NCBI GenBank assembly: GCA_032718475.1
Contig: JAUCBJ010008054.1
Location: 1 to 64,000 of the forward strand
Reading direction: 5' to 3'
Origin: Nemertoderma westbladi
Taxonomy: Eukaryota; Animalia; Xenacoelomorpha
DNA: 64,000 nt
Positions 59,089-64,000 of this stretch are shown in pieces (position 1 is the first letter of the stretch; the number at the start of each line of letters is the position of its first letter). The notes under the pieces were generated by a model. The model saw only the letters and a list, made by a program, of their open reading frames with translations. It had not been told where the DNA came from and searched no databases. The position numbers and the translations under genes are program-made.

Positions 59089-60610
59089 CTACTCAAAAGC
59101 TGCTCCGAAAGTGATAAAGTGCTTCTTGAGATCAACATCCCTGCTACAGTTTCGTCGTAGCCTTAAAGCTACACCATACGGTACATACTTGATCTGAGAC
59201 GGTGGGTGAGACGAAGTCCTATGCAAATACTGATGTATGTCCATAGGTTTGAAAAAAATATCTGTTTGAATGGTTCCATGGGCGTCAATGAAAATTTTTA
59301 GGTCCAAAAAATTAACTTCTCTCCCCCTCTGTTCAGTAACGAATTTAATTTGTCCTGGCTTTACTTGATCATTTAAATCCTCAACTAATTGTTTTAATTT
59401 TAAATCTATATCATGTAAATATAAAACTAAAATGTCATCCCTATATCTTCCAAATTCATCTGGGGAATTATCAGATTGATCTGCAATGGTGTCTATTTTG
59501 CGAGCTCCATAGGCATCAGTGTAAGAACAAGAGTAACTGGGACCCATTGCTGATCCTGAACACTGTGTGTAATGTTTATTGTCAAAAGTACAGTTATTAA
59601 TTTCTAGACATAATTTGAGACCTTCTAGGATACAATCTTTTGGTGGTGCATTAACTGTTAGGAGTTCTGGATAAAGGTCAAGTAATTCTTTGACGCTGTC
59701 AAGTCCATCTTTATTATCTACACTAGGGAAGAAATTTGCAATAACCAAACAAGCAAATTGGGCCGTTGATGGAAGTGGAGCATACTTTATATTATAGTTA
59801 TCTATTTTCTCTAAAAGGTGTAATGTGTTTTTAATGTAGGCTGGATGCTTTGTTGCAAATGGCTTAAGAAAATTTTCAATTAAGATACTCAAATTTTGTG
59901 AAGCAGTTGAACAAGATGATAAAATATTTCTAAGTGGCCAATTGGGTTTGTGGGTTTTTATATTAGCGAAACCAACTCTAGCTTTCGCATGCTTATTAAC
60001 AAGCCATTCTCTGTTGACTTTAATAACTTCAATATGTTTCCATTTGTTAACAAATGCAGCTATTCGTTTTGTATACTCTACTGTAGGGTTTACCTTCCCT
60101 TGCTGTGTAAATTGGGCTGTTTCACCAAGGTAGTTATTTATACCGTCTTTGTAAATTTGTCGTTCAGTTGCAACAAATCTTTTTGAACCTTTATCTTGAA
60201 GGCGCAACACAAAATCGTTGTCTGCCTTTATGTTTTTCATTGCTGCACGTTCGTCCGGGTTCAAATTGTCATTACATTTATTCCTCAGTTTGGGATTAAA
60301 TAAATCTGAATAAATGGCTGAGAGGAAATTGTCTATAGTTTGATTTGTCGATGTTAAATTAAAATAAACACTTCTAGCACCCTTGAAAGGTGGCGCCACT
60401 GTTGAATTACTTTCAGTTTCTTGTAGCTCCAAGTTCAACGGATTAACAATCTGTGTTTTTTCTGTGTTAGTCTTAGTGGCCCTATTAATTTGCTTTTCAA
60501 ATTGGAGAAACTGATAACGAACTTTAGTGGCAAATGATGCAAAATCTAAATGTGCTTCATGAAGCTTTGGTTGCCATGGTAAAGGAACGAAAGAAGGACC
60601 TTTATTTAGA
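59089..60610 (-). mobile_element. Penelope-like element reverse transcriptase (3'-truncated, no GIY-YIG seen)
   Basis: LNKGPSFVP upstream in frame; QDKGS; KTHK..WPLRNILS; GSAMG; RYRDD; FLDL; DIFFKPMDIHQYLHRTSSHP; VPYGVALRLRRNCS. Confidence 0.9.
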
Positions 60611-61002
60611 AATAAATACCTTATAATATATACCTACCCATTACTGTTGTAATGATCAACAGGTTTTTAAACAATATTTTTTATTTGTATAATAATTTCA
60701 ATTATTTTTTGCCGGTATTATATATTTTTAATTATTACTTTTTATTACTTTATATTTGTACCTATATTAAACATCTATATCGTCTTATTTTTATATTTTC
60801 TAAATTGAATCATAAACCATTTTGAAACCCATTAGGCCATTTCGTGCTCATCAACCCCCTTGATTAGTATAGTTTACCTCTTTAAATATAACGGGGGATA
60901 TATATAAATTGCCAGTGAGTTTGTTTTTGCTGCTCATATAAATGGGAGGAGTTCAGGTTATTAAACAACGATATATATCTACATAAATATAGTGCTACTT
61001 GA

Positions 61003-61656
61003 TTGTGTTTAATTGTGGTGTGTTTCCATAGCTGTTTTCTATAGCATTTGTGTTTCCATAGGTGTTTTCTATAGCATAGGTAATTTGAAATCTGCATATG
61101 TTCAATCTTTCTATAATAAAACTGCCCAACGTCTGTGAAAAAAGTCTGTGTTATTGTGTTTAATTAGTCACTTATATAATTGTGTTGTGTTTCCATAGCT
61201 GTTTTCTACAGCATTTGTGTTTCCATAGGTGTTTTCTATAGCATAGGTAATTTGAAATCTGCATATGTTCAATCTTTCTATAATAAAACTGCCCAACGTC
61301 TGTGAAAAAAGTCTGTGTTATTGTGTTTAATTAGTCACTTATATAATTGTGTTGTGTTTCCATAGCTGTTTTCTACAGCATTTGTGTTTCCATAGGTGTT
61401 TTCTATAGCATAGGTAATTTGAAATCTGCATATGTTCAATCTTTCTATAATAAAACTGCCCAACGTCTGTGAAAAAAGTCTGTGTTATTGTGTTTAATTG
61501 TGTCACTTATATAATTGTGTTGTGTTTCCATAGCTGTTTTCTACAGCATTTGTGTTTCCATAGGTGTTTTCTATAGCATAGGTAATTTGATATGTGCATA
61601 TGTTCAATCTTTCTATAATTAAACTGCCAAACGTCTGTGAAAAAAGTCTGTGTTAT
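61003..61656. repeat. 167-bp tandem repeat, ~4 copies
   Basis: TAATTTGAAATCTGCATATG at 61081, 61248 and 61415 (period 167), with a variant copy near 61583. Confidence 0.9.
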
Positions 61657-62200
61657 TCAAGAAAAATTCCATTTTTTATATTCAAACTGCCACTTTTATT
61701 CAAGCAACTTGCATTCTTTTATCAAACAAGAGGATCTCGTCCAAATAGAAAGTCCGTGTTATTCAAGAAAAATGCCATTTTTTATATTAAACTGCCACTT
61801 TTATTCAAGCAACTTGCATTCTTTTATCAAACAAGAGGATCTCGTCCAAATAGAAAGTCCGTGTTATTCAAGAAAAATGCAATTTTTTATATTAAACTGC
61901 CACTTTTATTCAAGCAACTTGCATTCTTTTATCAAACAAGAGGATCTCGTCCAAATAGAAAGTCCGTGTTATTCAAGAAAAATGCCATTTTTTATATTCA
62001 AACTGCAACTTTTATTCAAGCAACATCCATTCTTTTATCAACAAGAGGATCTCGTCCAAATAGAAAGTCCGTGTTATTCAAGAAAAATGCCATTTTTTAT
62101 ATTAAACTGCCACTTTTATTCAAGCAACTTGCATTCTTTTATCAAACAAGAGGATCTCGTCCAAATAGAAAGTCCGTGTTATTCAAGAAAAAGGCCATCT
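61650..62200. repeat. 105-bp tandem repeat, ~5 copies
   Basis: TGTTATTCAAGAAAAA recurs with ~105-bp spacing; the two long ORFs here are artefacts of the period being a multiple of 3. Confidence 0.9.
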
Positions 62201-62568
62201 TATAAAAATTAAACAACCACTTATTAATTTTATAACTGCAGGTTTGATAAGCAACTATAATTCTAATAAGCATTAGTTTATTTGAAATTTTTTAACCGCT
62301 GGTTTTCCAAAAAAAGCGCCTCGTTCTGGTGTTGCACTTTAAGCGCAACTTTTTTGGAAAACCGGTTTTTAGTAAAAAAAACGCCAGTTACTTCTTTCAG
62401 TGTACAGACTTACGGTGTTTTGTCATTGTGACATTTGTTTTGTCATTGTGACATTTGTTTTGTCATTGTGACATTTGTTTTTGCATTGTATCTAATGTAT
62501 TTACATGCAGGTTGTACAATGCAAAAAGACCGTAAGTACAAAAAATAACGCTGAAGTCAAAATATTAA

Positions 62569-63060
62569 TTGAAACGACAAGTGACATTGGACAGCTACGA
62601 AGTGTCTCTTGTTACTTCATGGGCTAGAACAATGCCGTTGAAGTATATGACTGTACCTCGTGGAGAGCTGCAAGCCGGGACGTTATCCACCGACATTGTC
62701 AGTTTAGTTCAACGCGAGCTGGAGGCTAACTTGAAGGTCACATATTGGATGGATGCGACGTTGGTACTTTGGTACATAAACAGCGAAACATTTAAGTTCA
62801 AGACTTTCGTAGCCAACAGACGGGCTGAAATATTGGACCGGTCGCTCAAACAAGATTGGCGTCACTGTCCAGGGAAGCTGAACCCAGCTGACATCGCGTC
62901 ACGGGGGATGCTACCGATCGACTTTTGTAAACTGGACAATAAATCCTTTTGGTTTAGAGGACCCGATTTCCTACAGCGACCATCAGACGAATGGCCACCG
63001 TTATTCGACGCGACAACCAATACCATACCAGAGGGTGCCGAGATAAAAATTGACACAGTT
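62569..63060 (+). pseudogene. Bel/Pao RNase H region fragment
   Basis: TVPRGELQA, YWMDATLVLWYI, FVANR, WRHCPGKLNPADIASRG, WFRGPDFL...WP. Confidence 0.9.
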
Positions 63061-63261
63061 GTCAAATCTAAAGCGAAAGCCAATGCCAAGGTCAAGAGGA
63101 AACAAGGACGGACGAAATCTGATAACCTGGACGCTAGACCTGACATTACGCCAGATGTCTCACCAGACTCTCGACCAGACGCTTGTATGAATCTTTCACC
63201 GGATTAGACCTGACAGTCCTATAAATCCTCGTCCGATTCCAACGGTCGGCTTAACATCGGA

Positions 63262-64000
63262 TCAAGTTTCTACAACGCTGGGAGGAAGTCGAAAGGGTAG
63301 GACCGTTCCGTCCATTGACACCTCGCTCTCTGACGTCGTTTGAATCCTAATGGGTTCCGGCAAAGCGTATCCTGTCCCTCCGCGTGGTTCTCTAGCAAGG
63401 GAAACTGTGCCCCGAGTCATCCGGATTTGCGACTTCGATGTCGTCCTCTCGGCGACATTTACTACTTTCTTTATCTCTTGTCCGGCCTTTTGGGCTCTGA
63501 GTATACGAAGTTGTGGATCATCTTGTGGGTGACGCGTCTTTTCAGCTAACGGCGTGGCCTTGAAGCCAGTCTCACGCAAAACGTCGGTCTCGTCTAGAAT
63601 GCACGAGGTTACGCGTTTGTGATAAAATACGCTCCTGTATGCCCAAGCTATCAAATGCCAAGCTCCTCGATTCCGCTGTTCAACTCGCAATTTGTCGAAT
63701 TCCCCGGCGGTAATCTTGTTCACCACAGTTTGAAAGTTCCAAGTATTCTTGTTGTACCTGTAGAAAGTAGTCCCGCACAACTTTAAATCCGCTATCCAGT
63801 GGCAATATATCCAACACCTCCAGAAGTTTGTCGTACTGAGGCATAGCCGACATGCTCATCTGCTAGATTCTCCCAATGGTCGAATAGCTGTCGAACGATT
63901 TTAACTGACATATGCTCATAGGGAACGTCTCTAAGTTGACATTCGGACGCCCTATGGCCTTTAATATTACAATATGTGCACTGCGCCACGAAACGCCAGC
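63262..64000 (-). pseudogene. Orphan zinc-knuckle-containing ORF, frameshifted, running off the window end
   Basis: CTYCNIKGHRASEC (CX2CX4HX4C) followed by RQLFDHWENLAD; downstream ORF 63262-63780 lies in another frame. Confidence 0.4.

Noticed and set aside
61594-62212. 203-aa and 191-aa repeat ORFs
   Set aside because: By-products of the 105-bp tandem repeat.

Overview
AT-rich eukaryotic DNA, probably from an invertebrate animal, consisting almost entirely of nested and truncated mobile elements. Only two ordinary host genes are apparent: an intronless SLC25 mitochondrial carrier (16497-17348, -) and an intronless MFSD9-like MFS transporter (19130-20398, +), arranged head-to-head. The most striking content is two divergent Polinton/Maverick (adintovirus-like) virion modules, at about 42450-47710 (-) and 56054-58530 (+). 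Both have intact major-capsid and adenain-protease ORFs. Nearby are a compact intronless TBP-like gene (35107-35661) and an orphan ~579-codon frame with a PC4-like motif, one internal stop and a TATA/CCAAT promoter (26329-28068); together these may be a virus-encoded basal transcription kit. Also present: a spliced DUF4806-type gene fused in frame to the Polinton integrase C-terminus, Pif1-helicase and OB-fold/Cys-rich remnants of a Helitron-like element, several Bel/Pao fragments, a Penelope-like RT, RTE-type LINE tails, Ginger, piggyBac, Helentron-type and CMC/EnSpm-type elements, and at least seven tandem-repeat arrays. All family assignments come from motif recognition by eye, not from database searches.
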